Counted from the first letter of the stretch, positions 51,391 to 63,110 are shown. The stretch is 64,000 bases of DNA from an uncultured Phycisphaerales bacterium (GCA_963755915.1 CAVWLP010000002.1:768001-832000); one strand, 5' to 3'. Numbers and translations: made by a program. Notes: generated from the sequence alone by a model not told the origin.

Positions 51391-52879
51391 CATTGTCGTT
51401 CGGTACTTTGTTTGCGGCTAGGGGAAAATCGGCAACCATTCGGCTGGGGGAGCGATGCGGCAGATCATTCTGCTTGAGAACCGATGCGGGGGCGAATGGG
51501 GGGTTGAGTAGCGCGAGCATCAACCGCCGGCCAGCGAACTCGAGAACGCAGCCGGAATTAATGGCCTCGTTTTTTGGCGCGGGCCTCCTGCTCCCGCCGC
51601 GTTCTTTCAATCTGCCGCTGGACGTCCTGAACATCGGCAAAGCCCAGCAGATACCACATGATCCGTTCCATGACGGCCCTGGCCGGCTTCAACCCGGTGG
51701 TCAGATTCAGCAGCATGCACACGATCACCGCGCAGTAGATCTGGATCTCCACGCCGGTCTTGCGCTGGCTCAGTAAATGGCGGCACCCCAGCAGTTGTTT
51801 CATGAATTTGAAAAAGGTCTCGATGGTCCAGCGGTAGCGATACAAGATCGAGATCAGCTCCGGCGCCAGTACCAGGTCCGGACACAGGAACCTCATCTGT
51901 CCGCTGCTGGGGACGTAACCTTTGCGGGTGCGTTTGGCATGAACCTCGGCCTTCACGACCACCAGCCGCGTCGGGTGATCCAGGCCTTCCAACCGCACCA
52001 CCGCGTCGCGGATCACGCCCTCCTCAATCGCCTGGGCACTGAGCTTGCGTTCCTCGACCACTTGGTACTTCAGGTCGTCGATGGCGCGAAAGACATAAAG
52101 GCTGTGGGCCTGGACGATGCGGTTTATCAGCGGCTTGTCGAAGTAGCCACGGTCGGCGACGTAGAGCCGGCCCGGCTCCAGCATCGCCTCCAGCACGCGT
52201 CGTTCGTTGTTCGAGCCGCGCGGGCTTCCACCGGTCAGACGCACCCGTTGCGGAACCATCGTGTCCAGGTCCAGCAGGGTGTGAATGCGCCAGGCGTGAT
52301 AAGCCCCGGCGTCGGGCGCTTCTTGCCCGGTACAGCGGGCTGGGGTGAGACAACGCCGTTTGGCGTTGTAGAGCGTCTCGATGAGCCTGGGCAATGCCTT
52401 GATCAGCGTCCCGTCCACGAGCGTGATGGCGTGGTGGATATCGGCCAGTCGCGGATCGCGAGGCAACCGGTGTAAATCGCCGGTCAGCTCTTCAATCACC
52501 CGGATCAACTCCCGCGGCTGGAAGACCACGGGCGCCTTGAGAAACTGGCTTTGGAAAAATCCTTGATGCCCAGTTGTTTGGCCAGTCGCGGCAGTTCCAT
52601 GGCGCGCTGCAGGCCGCTGATCGATTCGATCATCGGCGTGATGAGGTAGACTAGAACGAGCTTGACGTAGTCGTCGAAGAAGAGTTGTCGATTGCCGGCC
52701 GTGTCGCGCTCGGTTCCAACCTCATGGAGCCGATCCAGCAGCGGCAACACGCGAGTGAGCAGCCCAAACGGAACATCCTTGATCTGAAGTTCCAGCACCA
52801 ACCCCTATGCTGACATACCATAGCGCGTCGCGCAAGCGCAAGAATCGGCAACAAGCGAATCGTGTACCGAACGGCAATG
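51391..52879 (-). mobile_element. IS4-family insertion sequence
   Basis: Terminal IR CATTG(T/C)CGTTCGGTAC; flanks ACATTTTGT and ACATTATGT (9-bp duplication, one mismatch). Confidence 0.88.
51558..52801 (-). CDS. IS4-family DDE transposase (frameshift near 52535)
   Basis: VDGT, VADRGY, YRYRWTIETFFKFMKQ (YREK motif). Confidence 0.9.
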
Positions 52880-52903
52880 ACATTATGTAACATTCCCGCT
52901 TTT

Positions 52904-53641
52904 CTAGCTGATATTTGGGGTTTCGTTTGGGCGTTTGGAGAGAGCGGTCAGGGCGGTTGTGAGCTGATTCGCGTATTCGCGGGCGTCTTCGGAATTCTCC
53001 TCTCGCAGGGTTGTGATGGCCGAGTCAAAATCGCGGCGGGCTTGTGGATTCTCTGGGTCGGTGAGGAGATGGGTCAGGAGTAAATATCCGTCGAGCATTT
53101 GGGCGAGGAGGGGGTCATCCGTTTTAGCGGCGTGGGATTTGCCGGTGCGGAAGGAATTGGAGGCGGGGACAAACTCGGCGGCGGATAATTGGTGGGCGCC
53201 GAGGAGCCAGTGGGCTTTGGCCTTGGCTTTTTCGGGGCGGTTGAGCTCTTCGGCAAGGCGGAGGCTGAGCCGGGCGGCTTCGAGGCCGGCGGCGATAGCG
53301 GCGGGGGTGAGGGTGATGCCGGGCTCGGCCCAGCCGGGCCAGGTGAAGGAGCCGAGGTTGAAGGCGAGGGCCTTGGCGTGATTGCCGAAATGGTGGTCGC
53401 CGGACGATTGCTGATCGAGTTTCAGGAGGTGGGCGATGCCGGCGCCCGAGAGGGTGACGACGGCGGGGATGTCTTTGTGGGTCCAGTAGAGGTCAAGCTG
53501 GACGGTGGAGAGGGCCTCAGCGGCGCGCTGCGGATCGGAGGCGGCGAGGGAGGATTCGATCGCACGCGAATCTGCCTGGCGGGCGAGGGATTTCAGGGTT
53601 TCGATGAGTGGGTCGGGAGTTGGATCGGGGGGTGGGTGCAT
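52904..53641 (-). CDS. Hypothetical helical-repeat (TPR-like) protein
   Basis: 245-aa alpha-helical ORF containing FNLGSFTWPGW and AHWLLG. Confidence 0.65.
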   Translation of the reverse strand: MHPPPDPTPDPLIETLKSLARQADSRAIESSLAASDPQRAAEALSTVQLDLYWTHKDIPAVVTLSGAGIAHLLKLDQQSSGDHHFGNHAKALAFNLGSFTWPGWAEPGITLTPAAIAAGLEAARLSLRLAEELNRPEKAKAKAHWLLGAHQLSAAEFVPASNSFRTGKSHAAKTDDPLLAQMLDGYLLLTHLLTDPENPQARRDFDSAITTLREENSEDAREYANQLTTALTALSKRPNETPNIS

Positions 53642-53712
53642 GGTTGATGCGGTGAGTGGATGATATCAAAAGGCGGTTTCGTGTTGCGACCTTTCTCCGT
53701 TGCGGCGAGGCG

Positions 53713-54234
53713 CTAGGTTTGTGCTTCGGCGGACCTGGCTCGCAGCGTGGATTGAAGCAGTTTGGCGCGCTCGACGTCGACGTTGGTTTTCAGGACGGTG
53801 CCCCCTTTGCCCTTCAGGCCGGCGAGGGTGGCGTCGAGGTTGCCGACGAGGTCGAGCATGAGGAGGGCGGAAGTGCCGGGTTTCAACATGGACTGGATTT
53901 CGTGGATGAATTTGTCGTCGATACCGACGGCCTGCGAGATGGGCGCTCCGGCGAGGCCGAGGATGTCGCCGACGGCGGTGCTGGTGAGCAAGGGGGCGGC
54001 GAGGGCGATGCCGACGAGGAAATCGAGGGGGGTGCCGGTGAGGAGGTTGCCGGCGGCGGGGAAGGGCTTGCGATCGAGGGCGCAGGATCCATCGGGGCTT
54101 CGGGTGAGAACGGCGAGGTCGAGAAGAAGAATATTCTGCACCGGGGCGGCGAGGGAAGTGATCTCGTTGCGGAGGCGCTCGGCGCCGGCAAGATCGTCGA
54201 ATCCGATGGCCCAGAGATGTGCGGACGTGGGCAT
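53713..54234 (-). CDS. DUF1269-family protein
   Basis: GIDDKFIHEI..LKPGTSAL; GGTVLKTN. Confidence 0.85.
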   Translation of the reverse strand: MPTSAHLWAIGFDDLAGAERLRNEITSLAAPVQNILLLDLAVLTRSPDGSCALDRKPFPAAGNLLTGTPLDFLVGIALAAPLLTSTAVGDILGLAGAPISQAVGIDDKFIHEIQSMLKPGTSALLMLDLVGNLDATLAGLKGKGGTVLKTNVDVERAKLLQSTLRARSAEAQT

Positions 54235-54333
54235 TGGCTTACCTTCAGTGCATTGTAAGGCGCGTCGCGGCGCGTGCGAAGGAAAATCATGGAACCTTGC
54301 CGGACTGCGGCGACGCGAGTAGGTAGGGGTTTC

Positions 54334-55910
54334 ATGGAGCGATGTGCTGCGGTGATTCGTTTTGTGCTTGCCGCGATTGGATTGTGGGTGGGGAGCTCGC
54401 GGGCGTTGGGGACGATGCCTTACTTTGGGATTCGGGTGGTGGATGATCAGACGGGGCGCGGGGTGCCGCTGGTTTATTTGCGGACGACCTTTAAGGCGGA
54501 GTATGTGACGGATAGCGCGGGGTATGTGGCGTTTCTCGAGCCGGGATTGATGGATGGGGGGCAGGTCTGGTTTGAGGTGAGGAGCTGCGGGTATGAATCG
54601 CCGAAGGGGCTCTATGGGGTGGAGGGGGTGGGGCTGAAGCCGGAGGCGGGGAAGATGGCGGTGATCCGGATTAAGAGGACGGAGATTGCCCAGCGGCTAT
54701 ATCGGGTGACGGGGTATGGGATTTATCGGGACAGTGTTCTGCTGGGGATTGGGACGCCGATGGAGGAGCCGCTGCTGAATGCGCGGGTGACGGGGCAGGA
54801 TACGGTGCAGACGGCGGTTTATCGTGGGAAGTATTACTGGATGTGGCAGGATACGAGCCGGGTGGATTTTGGGCTGGGGGGATATTCGATGACGGGGGCG
54901 ATTGCTTCTGGCCTGCCGGGCCGGATCGATCCGGATCGGGGGATTGGGTTTGGCTACTTCGTCGATAAGGCCGGCGAGTTTGCCCGGCCGATGGCGGAGG
55001 TGGACCGGTCGGGGAAGAACCCGATCTGAGTGGATGGATTGATCGTGACGCGGGATGCCCAGGGGCGCGAGCGCTTGCTGGCGCGGTACGTGGCCGTCGA
55101 TTCGAAGATGAATCCCGTGGAAAGCGGGTTGGTGCTCTTCAATGACGAGAAGCAGGTGTTCCAACAGTTTTTGAAGTTTGAAGGAACCGGCAAAGGCACG
55201 CTTGCGCCAGCGGGCATCCGTTTCGGGTGATGGATGGGGGCAAACCCTATGTTTATTTCAATGAGCGGGTAAGAGTGGAAGACAGCTTTGAGGCGGTGAG
55301 CGATCCGAGGGCGTATGAGACGTTTACTTGTTTGACGAGCGATGACGGCGAGGAAGTTGATCGGGATTCGTCCGGGAAGGTGAGGTGGGCGTGGAGGAAG
55401 GATTGCAAGGAGCTGAATGAGAAGCGGCAGGAGGAGCTCGTGAAAGCGGGGAAGCTGGGGCGGGAGGAGCTGCCGGTGGATTTTGTGAATGTGGAGAATG
55501 GGAAGGGGATAAAAAAGGGGCCGGGGTCGATCGCGTGGAATCCGTATCTGGGGAAGTGGACAGAGATTTTTCAGGAATTGGACGGGGCGACCGCGGCGGG
55601 GGAGATCTGGTTTGCGACGGCCAATGCGCCGGAGGGGCCGTGGCGGTTTGCGCGGAAAGTGGCGACGCATTTTATGGCGGGGAATTCGAACGATTTTTAC
55701 AATCCGGTTCAGCATCCGGAGCTGGCGCGGGAGGGGGGAAGGGTGATTTATTTTGAGGGGACGTTTGTGAATACGTTTTCGGGAAATCCGCATCCGACGG
55801 GGTATTATGATTACAATAATTTGATGTATCGGGTGGATCTGGGGGATGAGAGGATGAAGCTGCCGGAGCCGGGGGTGGGGTTGACGGGGGTGAAACCGCT
55901 GGGTCCTTAA
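54334..55910 (+). CDS. Conserved hypothetical secreted protein (in-frame TGA at 55027-55029; frameshift near 55215)
   Basis: Signal-like N-terminus; GRGVPLV, AQRLYRVTG.GIYRDS, GSIAWNPY, FYNPVQHP, YDYNNLMYR across three ORF pieces. Confidence 0.7.
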
Positions 55911-56120
55911 ATGGCATGATGATGGGGGACAATAGAAGAAGATTTTTTTCGGTTGCGGTTTGTGTGACGAGGGGAAGGCGGTGTCTCGAATATGCGAACG
56001 CGGTTCCGCTGCGAGAGCACGGGGCTGCCCCGGCGACGTTCGGTGCGGCCTTTAGGGGTTGGACGTGATGGCGTGAAGTAACCGGGGCCAGTTGATATCA
56101 GCAGCAATGGAGACGAAATC

Positions 56121-56914
56121 ATGAGCGACAAAACGAAAATAGAGGAAGAATTTACGGGGCAGGTGATTGACGAAAGCGCGGCGGCGCCGGCGGTGGTGGA
56201 TCGGGCGGCGTTTGAGGCCCAACTGGCCCTGCTGCGGGAGCGCGAGAAGGCGCATTCGCGGGCGGGGGATGCGATCGCGGCGGCGCGGCGGCTGCTGCCG
56301 ATGGTGGAAGTGGATGGCGGCATTACCGTAACCGGGCCGAAGGGGGAAGTGACGCTGATGGATGTGTTTGAGGGGCGGCGGCAGCTCATCGTTTATTACT
56401 ACATGTGGTTTGAGGGGCGGCCGGCGCGGCAGCAGTGCGAGGGGTGTTCGTTTTATACGTCGCAGGTGAGGGAGTTGTCGTTCATTCATTCGCGGGATGT
56501 GACGTATGCGACGTTTTGCCAGGGGCCGTATGAGCAGAGCGAGCGATATCGGAAGTTCATGGGGTTTGAGATGCCGTGGTATTCGGCACAGGGGGATTCG
56601 CTGAATAAGCTGCTGATCGGGAGGAAGGTGGGGATGATGCATCTGGTTTGTTATCTGCGAAGGGGATCGAAAGTTTTTGAGACGTATTGGACGACGCGGC
56701 GCGGGTGGAGGCGATGGATAACAGTTACCGGCTGCTGGACCTGACGGTGTATGGGAGACAGGAGAAGTGGGAGGATTCACCGGAGGGGTGGCCGAAGTTG
56801 CCGAAGGGGGTGCATCCGTATCGAACGGGCGGGCGGCCAATCGTGCAGTGGGCGCGGGTGAGGGCGGGGCACAATGAGGATTTAGGCGCGGGCGCGGCGG
56901 GGAGCAGGGTGTAA
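56121..56914 (+). CDS. DUF899 thioredoxin-like protein (frameshift near 56700)
   Basis: RRLLPMV, FEGRRQLIVYYYM, CEGCS, LLDLTVYGRQE. Confidence 0.88.
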
Positions 56915-56963
56915 GGTGATGTCATGGGGAGGTAGAAAATTATTGAGAGGAAAGTAGGAAACG

Positions 56964-57030
56964 CCCCCCACTCTAACCCTCCCCGCGTGCGCGAGAGAGT
57001 AGAACAGTAGAGAGTGGAAAATAGAAAAAC
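56964..57030 (+). repeat. REP-like family A variant with GTAGA-rich tail
   Basis: Shares CCCTCCCCGCGTGCGCGAGAGAGTAG with 16284-16350. Confidence 0.8.
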
Positions 57031-57076
57031 AAAATTCCCAAGCCTGTGGGCGGGGGAATGAAGAAGGAGACAGGTT

Positions 57077-57841
57077 ATGCAGCACAAAACAGCCAGTCGA
57101 GAGCAGTGGCTTGCCGAGCGGGTCCAATTGCTGAAGGAAGAGAAAGAGCTGACGCGGCGGAGCGACGAAGTGGCGCGCAAACGGCAGGAGTTGCCGTGGG
57201 TGCGAGTGGAAAAGCAGTACAGCTTCGAAACGGACAAGGGGAAGGCTTCACTGGCAGATCTTTTTCGCGGGCGCTCGCAGCTGATGGTTTATCATTTCAT
57301 GTTTGGGCCGGATTATGAGGCGGGGTGCCCGCACTGCACGGCGATTGCGGACTGCTTCAATGGGTTTTGGGTTCACCTGGCGAACCATGACGTGATGCTG
57401 TGGGCGGTATCGCGGGCGCCGCTGGAGAAGCTTGCGGGGTACAAAAAGCGGATGGGATGGACGTTTCCGTGGGCATCATCGGCGAGCGGCGACTTCAACT
57501 ACGACTTCAACGTTTCGTTTACTGAGGAGCAGCAGCGGAAGGGGACCGGCCAGTATAATTATGTGAAAAGTGCGGAGAGCTTTGCGGACTTGAAAAAGCC
57601 GCCGTCGGAATTCGCAAAGGAGATCGCGGCCAGCGCGGGAACGGATTGGGGGACGTTTACGCGGGAGGCGCCGGGGATGAGCGCCTTTGCGATGGAAGAT
57701 GGGGGTGTCTATCACACGTATTCAACTTACGCGCGGGGATTGGACGGGCTTTGGGGGATTTATCAGTGGCTGGACCGCGCTCCGAAGGGGCGCAATGAGA
57801 AAGGTTTCTGGATGCGGCGGCATGATGAGTATGGAAGTTGA
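57077..57841 (+). CDS. DUF899 thioredoxin-like protein
   Basis: RQELPWV, FRGRSQLMVYHFMFGP, CPHC, YHTYSTYARG, LDRAPKGRNE. Confidence 0.92.
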   Translation: MQHKTASREQWLAERVQLLKEEKELTRRSDEVARKRQELPWVRVEKQYSFETDKGKASLADLFRGRSQLMVYHFMFGPDYEAGCPHCTAIADCFNGFWVHLANHDVMLWAVSRAPLEKLAGYKKRMGWTFPWASSASGDFNYDFNVSFTEEQQRKGTGQYNYVKSAESFADLKKPPSEFAKEIAASAGTDWGTFTREAPGMSAFAMEDGGVYHTYSTYARGLDGLWGIYQWLDRAPKGRNEKGFWMRRHDEYGS

Positions 57842-58220
57842 TGGGGGGACTTTTTTAGTTTGGTTAAGAGAAATTAGTTTGTGTTAAGGATGGGCGCGGC
57901 AAGGGGCTTGCCGCGGGGGACGATATTTGAAGGCGCGGGCTTTGGTCGGGTTAGGTTTTGGGGTCCGTAATAGGTGATTTCTCCTACGGGCAAATAGTGT
58001 CTAAAGATCATGGCGGGCGAGCTTGGCCGGCGGTCCACTGTGGGGGATTTTCGCGAGGCGCGGGATTATCTGCGTCGTGAGTGAGACTTTTGGAGATAAA
58101 TTTATGAGTCGTTCGACGTCGAAATTGACACCCATTTCGGTCGTTTCTATACTGCCCGGCTCGACTAATGGAAACAAGTTTTCGCCCGGAAAAACCGGGA
58201 TATTTTGCGGAGATAGTATC

Positions 58221-60936
58221 ATGCCGAAAGTTATGTCTAAACCGTCTAAGAAATCGAAGAGCGCCAAGTCTGTTAAGGCAGTGAAGCGGGTTTATTTTTT
58301 TGGGAATGGGAAGGCTGAGGGCGGGGCGCATTTTAAGGATTTGCTGGGGGGCAAAGGGGCGAACCTTGCGGATATGACGCTGGTTCCGCTGCCGGTGCCG
58401 GCGGGGTTTACGATTACGACGGAAACTTGCGGGGAGTACAACGATCTGGGGCAGAAGCTGCCGAAGGGGACGATGCAGGAAGTTGAAAGCAACCTGGCGC
58501 GGCTGGAGAAGGCGACGGGGAAGAGCTTTGGCGATCCGGAAAATCCGCTGCTGGTGTCGGTGAGGTCGGGGGCGAAGGTTTCGATGCCGGGGATGATGGA
58601 TACGGTGCTGAACATTGGGCTTAACGACGAAGTCGTCGAGGGGTTGGCGCGTCTCACCGGCAACGAGCGGTTTGCGTATGACAGCTATCGGCGGCTGATC
58701 AATATGTTTGGGGATACGGTGATGGGGGTGGACCATCATCATTTCGAGACGGAGCTTTCGGCCGTCAAGAACGCGCGCGGGGCGAAGCTGGATACCGATC
58801 TGGACACCGGCGGTCTGAAGGAAGTGGTGGAGAGGTATAAGAGGATTTATGCGCAGATCGTGGGGGATGAGTTTCCGCAGGACCCGCTGGTGCAGCTCGA
58901 GCATGCCATCGAAGCGGTGTTCAAGAGTTGGATGGGAGACCGGGCGATCAAGTATCGCGAGCTGAACGACATTCACGGGTTGCGCGGGACGGCGGTGAAC
59001 GTGCAGTCGATGGTGTATGGGAATATGGGGGATGACTCGGCGACGGGCGTGGCGTTTACGCGGAATCCATCGACCGGGGAGAACCGGTTTTATGGGGAGT
59101 TCCTGGTGAATGCGCAGGGGGAGGACGTGGTGGCGGGGATTCGTACGCCGCTGGATTGCCAGACGGAGATGGGGAAGTGGTCGACCAAGAGCTGGAAGGA
59201 ATTGCTGAAGGTAAAAGAGACGCTGGAGAAGCGATATAAAGACGTGCAGGATTTCGAGTTCACGATTGAGAAGGGGAAGCTGTACATGCTGCAGACGCGC
59301 AACGGGAAGCGCACGGCAGCGGCGGCGGTGCAGATCGCCGTGGACATGGTGAAGGAGCGGCTGATCGACGAGAAGACGGGGGTGCTGCGGGTGGATCCGG
59401 CGAGTCTGGATCAGCTTCTGCACCCGACGTTTGATCCGAAGGCGGATAAGAAGGTTTTGACGAGGGGTCTGCCGGCGTCGCCGGGGGCGGCGACGGGGAA
59501 GATCGCGTTTAGCGCGGAAGAGGCGGAGAATCGGGTGGCGAATGGGGAGAAGATTATTCTGGTTCGGCGCGAGACGGAGCCGGCGGATATCGGGGGGATG
59601 CACGTTTCGGAAGGGATTTTGACGAGCACGGGGGGGATGACGTCGCACGCGGCGGTGGTGGCGCGGGGGATGGGAACGCCGTGCGTGGCGGGAGCGGGAG
59701 CGGTGGTGATCGACCAGGCGACCCGGCAGGTGAAGATCGGCGACGTGACGCTGGGGCCGGAATAGTTTCATCAGCATCGACGGGGGAACGGGCGAGGTGA
59801 TGGAAGGCTCGGTGCCGACGGTGGACGCGACGTTGTCGGGGCCGTTTGGGACGATCATGAAATGGGCGGACAAGTATCGGACGCTGAAGATTCGGACCAA
59901 CGGCGACACACCGACGGATGCGAAGGTGGCGCGCGGGTTTGGTGCACAGGGGATCGGGCTTTGCCGGACGGAGCATATGTTTTTCGATCCGGAGCGGATT
60001 CATCACATGCGGGAGATGATCCTGGCGACAAATACGGAAACGCGCAAGCTTGCGCTGGCGAAGCTGCTGCCGTATCAGCGGGATGATTTCGTTCAGATTT
60101 ATCGGGAGATGGATGGGTTGCCGGTGACAATTCGGCTGCTTGACCCGCCGCTGCATGAATTTTTGCCGCACAGCGAGAAGGACCAGCAGGAGCTGGCGAA
60201 GAGTTTGGGGCTTAGCCTGGAGCAGGTGAAGGCCCGGGTGACGCAGCTTCACGAGTCGAACCCGATGCTGGGGCATCGCGGGGATCGGCTGGCGGTCACG
60301 TATCCGGAAATTCTGGAGATGCAGGTGCGGGCGATCATCGAGGCGGCGTGCCTGGTGAAGAAGGAAGGGGTGAAGGTTTTGCCGGAGATCATGATCCCGC
60401 TGGCGGGAACGAAGAAGGAACTGGATTATCTGAAGAAGTACACGGTCGAGACGGCGCAGAGCGTGATCAAGGAGCAGGGCGTGAAGCTGGACTGGCTGTA
60501 TGGAACGATGATCGAAGTTCCGCGAGCGGCAGTCACGGCCGATGAGATTGCGCAGACGGCGGAATTTTTCAGCTTTGGGACCAATGACCTGACGCAGATG
60601 ACGTTTGGGTATAGCCGGGATGATGTGAACAGCTTTTTGCCGGATTATCTGAAGAAGGAAATCCTGGAGCGCGATCCGTTCCAGACGCTGGATGTGGGAG
60701 GCGTTGGGCAGCTCATCGAGATGGCGGTTCGGAAGGGGCGGAGCGTGCGGCCGGATTTGAAGTGCGGGATTTGCGGGGAGCATGGCGGGGATCCGAAGAG
60801 CGTGCATTTCTGCCATAAGGTGGGACTGGATTATGTGAGCTGCTCGCCGTATCGGGTGCCGATTGCGCGGTTGGCGGCGGCGCATGCGGCGATATTGGGG
60901 GAGGGGAAGCCGGGGGCGAGGAATGGGAGGAAGTGA
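58221..60936 (+). CDS. ppdK: Pyruvate, phosphate dikinase (frameshift near 59760)
   Basis: LLGGKGANLA, PLLVSVRSGA, GGMTSHAAVVARG, GLCRTEHMF, SFGTNDLTQ, GICGEHGGDP. Confidence 0.97.
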
Positions 60937-61030
60937 TTGCTGGGTGAAGTCGTCTCCAATGGAGAACTCTGTTCCAGGCACATGAGGGCCGGACACTTTT
61001 TTTGAGTTCGGAGGCGAAGCGCCTAGCTTT

Positions 61031-61149
61031 TTTTAAACGCAAATTCAAATGCAATGCAGGAGGGGCGGGAAGAACCATATAGGGCCCCAAAAGTTTCTTC
61101 CCGCCCCTCCCGCACCCTCCCCACCCATCTCCTTTTCCCCTCAACCGCC
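61031..61149 (+). repeat. About 130-bp structured repeat family C, copy 3
   Basis: 16-bp perfect stem 61059-61074/61095-61110; matches copies at 45015 and 45206. Confidence 0.88.
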
Positions 61150-61243
61150 CCTCGAAAATGCGTCTGGAAAATTCGCCTCGCGATCGCTTGCTGCCCGTGC
61201 GCAAACGCGCGGGTCGGCCATCTGATGTATTTCGGGGGCGTCT

Positions 61244-62056
61244 TCAGGTTTTCAAATGCATTGCGAAATCTGATTTGAAGCCGAGGGTTTCGTAGAAGCC
61301 AGGCTTGTAGGTGAAGAGTCCGACGAAGGCGCCGGGCGGGGCGGTGGCGCGGATCCAGGTGAGTGCGGTTTCGAGCATTGAGGCGCCGATGTGCTGGTTC
61401 TGGTGGGAGGGGTTTACAACGACATCCCAGAGGGTGAAGGCCTGCACGCCGTCGCCCACGATGCGGAGCATGCCGACGGTTTGGGGGTTCTCTGGGTCGG
61501 AGATGTCGATGGCGACGATACCGTGGAGGGAGCCTTTCAGGGCGGTGGGGATGGTTGCGGGGTTTCGAGTCCAGTTGACGGAGCGGGTAAGGGCGAGGTG
61601 CTCGTCGGGGGTGGGGAGGCGCTGTTGGATCAGGATGTGGGGCGGGAGGGAATCCAGGGCGTTTGGGGGTCGCTCGAATTTTACCGGGCCGGCGAAACGG
61701 AGGTGATATCCGTTGAGGTCGCGGATTGTGTATTCGCAGAGGCCCCAGGGTTTGTTTTCGAGGGGGGAAATGATTTCAGCGCCATTGCCTGCGTGCGATT
61801 TGTGGAATTCATCGACGGCGGTTACGAAGAAGAAATATTGCGTTCCGGCGGCGCGGCGGGCGAGGTCGGGGTTGAGACCAAACTGGATTTGAGTTTTATC
61901 GCGTCGGACGGCGCCGTGGGTGGGCGGGTTCTGCCAGAGAAAGTCGCGCTCGAAACCAAGGACACGGGTGTAATATTGGACCGCGGCCAGGACATCGGGG
62001 ACGGCGAGGATGGGGGAGAGGGCGTCAATTCTGGGAGGGTTTTTCGGATCGGGCAT
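61244..62056 (-). CDS. VOC/glyoxalase domain fused to GNAT acetyltransferase
   Basis: PILAVPDV..YTRVLGF, KPWG..IRDLNG; DVVVNPSHQNQHIG, FYETLGF. Confidence 0.88.
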   Translation of the reverse strand: MPDPKNPPRIDALSPILAVPDVLAAVQYYTRVLGFERDFLWQNPPTHGAVRRDKTQIQFGLNPDLARRAAGTQYFFFVTAVDEFHKSHAGNGAEIISPLENKPWGLCEYTIRDLNGYHLRFAGPVKFERPPNALDSLPPHILIQQRLPTPDEHLALTRSVNWTRNPATIPTALKGSLHGIVAIDISDPENPQTVGMLRIVGDGVQAFTLWDVVVNPSHQNQHIGASMLETALTWIRATAPPGAFVGLFTYKPGFYETLGFKSDFAMHLKT

Positions 62057-63110
62057 GGGGGGTTCCGAGATGACGGGTGAAGAAGCGGGTCCAGTTTTCG
62101 CTCATGATGTCGATGATGTCTTCGTCAACGAAGCCGGCAGTTGAGAGGGCGTCGCCGACGCGATGGAGGTCGGCACTGGTTTGGATTTCTGTGGGGATTT
62201 CGTTTCGGCCGAGGCCGCCGTCCATGTCGGTGCCGAGGCCGACGAAGGCGGCGCTGCCGGTGAGGTCGCAGATGTGTTTGATGTGATTGGTCACGTCTCT
62301 GAGATTGGCGGGGCGATTTTTCAGCTCGTCGGGCGGGACGAGAAATTGGTTGAAGAAGTTGATGCCGATCATTCCGCTGCGCTCGGCGATGGCGCGGATC
62401 ATGTCATCGGAGAGTTGGCGGATTCCGGGGACGATCGCGCGGCAGTTGGAGTGGGAGGCGATGATGGGGGCGTCGCCGGTGATTTCCAGCAGACGCCAGA
62501 AGGATTCATCCGCGAGGTGGGAGGCGTCGTGGATGATGCCCAGGGAGTCGAGGGTTTTGACGATTTGCTCGCCGGCGGGAGTAAGGGGACCGGGTTTTGA
62601 GTTTCCGCCGGCGTAGCCGGTGCCTTCTTTCCAGGTGAGGCCGACGATGCGGACGCCCTTGTCATAAAACCATTGCGCAGTCTTGGGAATTTCGAATCGG
62701 GTCCGCGCCTTCCATGAGGATGATGGCTTGCGTTGCGGGCGGGCCCCCACCCCTACCCTCCCCCGGAGTACCAGGGGAGGGGGAAACGCGCGGATCTCGT
62801 CTGGTTGGTGAATGAGATGAATTCTGGCCTCGGCTTGCTGGGATTCGTACCACTGGAGCTGTGCGATGGCGGCGGCGTGGGCTTCGTCCGGGGTTGTGTA
62901 GCCGGATTTGTCGTCGTATTTGGGGAGGCAAAAGATCGTTGCGCAGATGAGGTCGACGTGGCCTTCGCGGAGGTCGGGGAGGCCGACGGTTGGGATGCCG
63001 CCTTCGTCGGGCTTTTGGTCGCGGGCGGGGAGATGGACTGGTCGGCCGAGGATGGCGTTGTCGGCGAGGTCGAGATGGGCGTCTACGATGGTGAGTTTTT
63101 TGTCTGTCAT
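62025..63110 (-). CDS. Membrane dipeptidase (peptidase M19); compensating frameshifts at about 62675-62790
   Basis: VDAHLD, MEGAD (shifted frame), DASHL, ASHSN, GLGTDMDG. Confidence 0.9.
   Translation of the reverse strand: MTDKKLTIVDAHLDLADNAILGRPVHLPARDQKPDEGGIPTVGLPDLREGHVDLICATIFCLPKYDDKSGYTTPDEAHAAAIAQLQWYESQQAEARIHLIHQPDEIRAFPPPLVLRGRVGVGARPQRKPSSSWKARTRFEIPKTAQWFYDKGVRIVGLTWKEGTGYAGGNSKPGPLTPAGEQIVKTLDSLGIIHDASHLADESFWRLLEITGDAPIIASHSNCRAIVPGIRQLSDDMIRAIAERSGMIGINFFNQFLVPPDELKNRPANLRDVTNHIKHICDLTGSAAFVGLGTDMDGGLGRNEIPTEIQTSADLHRVGDALSTAGFVDEDIIDIMSENWTRFFTRHLGTPHARSEKPSQN
62744..62783 (+). repeat. REP-like family A copy inside the dipeptidase CDS
   Basis: cccccacccctaccctcccccggagtaccaggggaggggg. 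Confidence 0.85.

Noticed and set aside
55027-55029. TGA recoding (selenocysteine or alternative genetic code)
   Set aside because: TGA terminates many genes normally here, and the context fits Trp rather than Cys.
59755-59800. TAG in ppdK as pyrrolysine or readthrough
   Set aside because: The downstream FISIDG sequence is in a different frame, so this is an indel and not an in-frame stop.
58008-59909. Long antisense ORFs (also 3687-5120, 13717-15156, 22799-24358)
   Set aside because: They are shadows of well-supported genes on the opposite strand in GC-rich DNA and have no recognisable motifs.
145-62790. About 25 frameshifted genes read as mass pseudogenisation or programmed frameshifting
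   Set aside because: They hit housekeeping genes (trxB, miaB, leuB, ppdK). Those examined fall at homopolymers or CG dinucleotide runs, and the motifs on both sides are intact. This is typical of unpolished long-read error.
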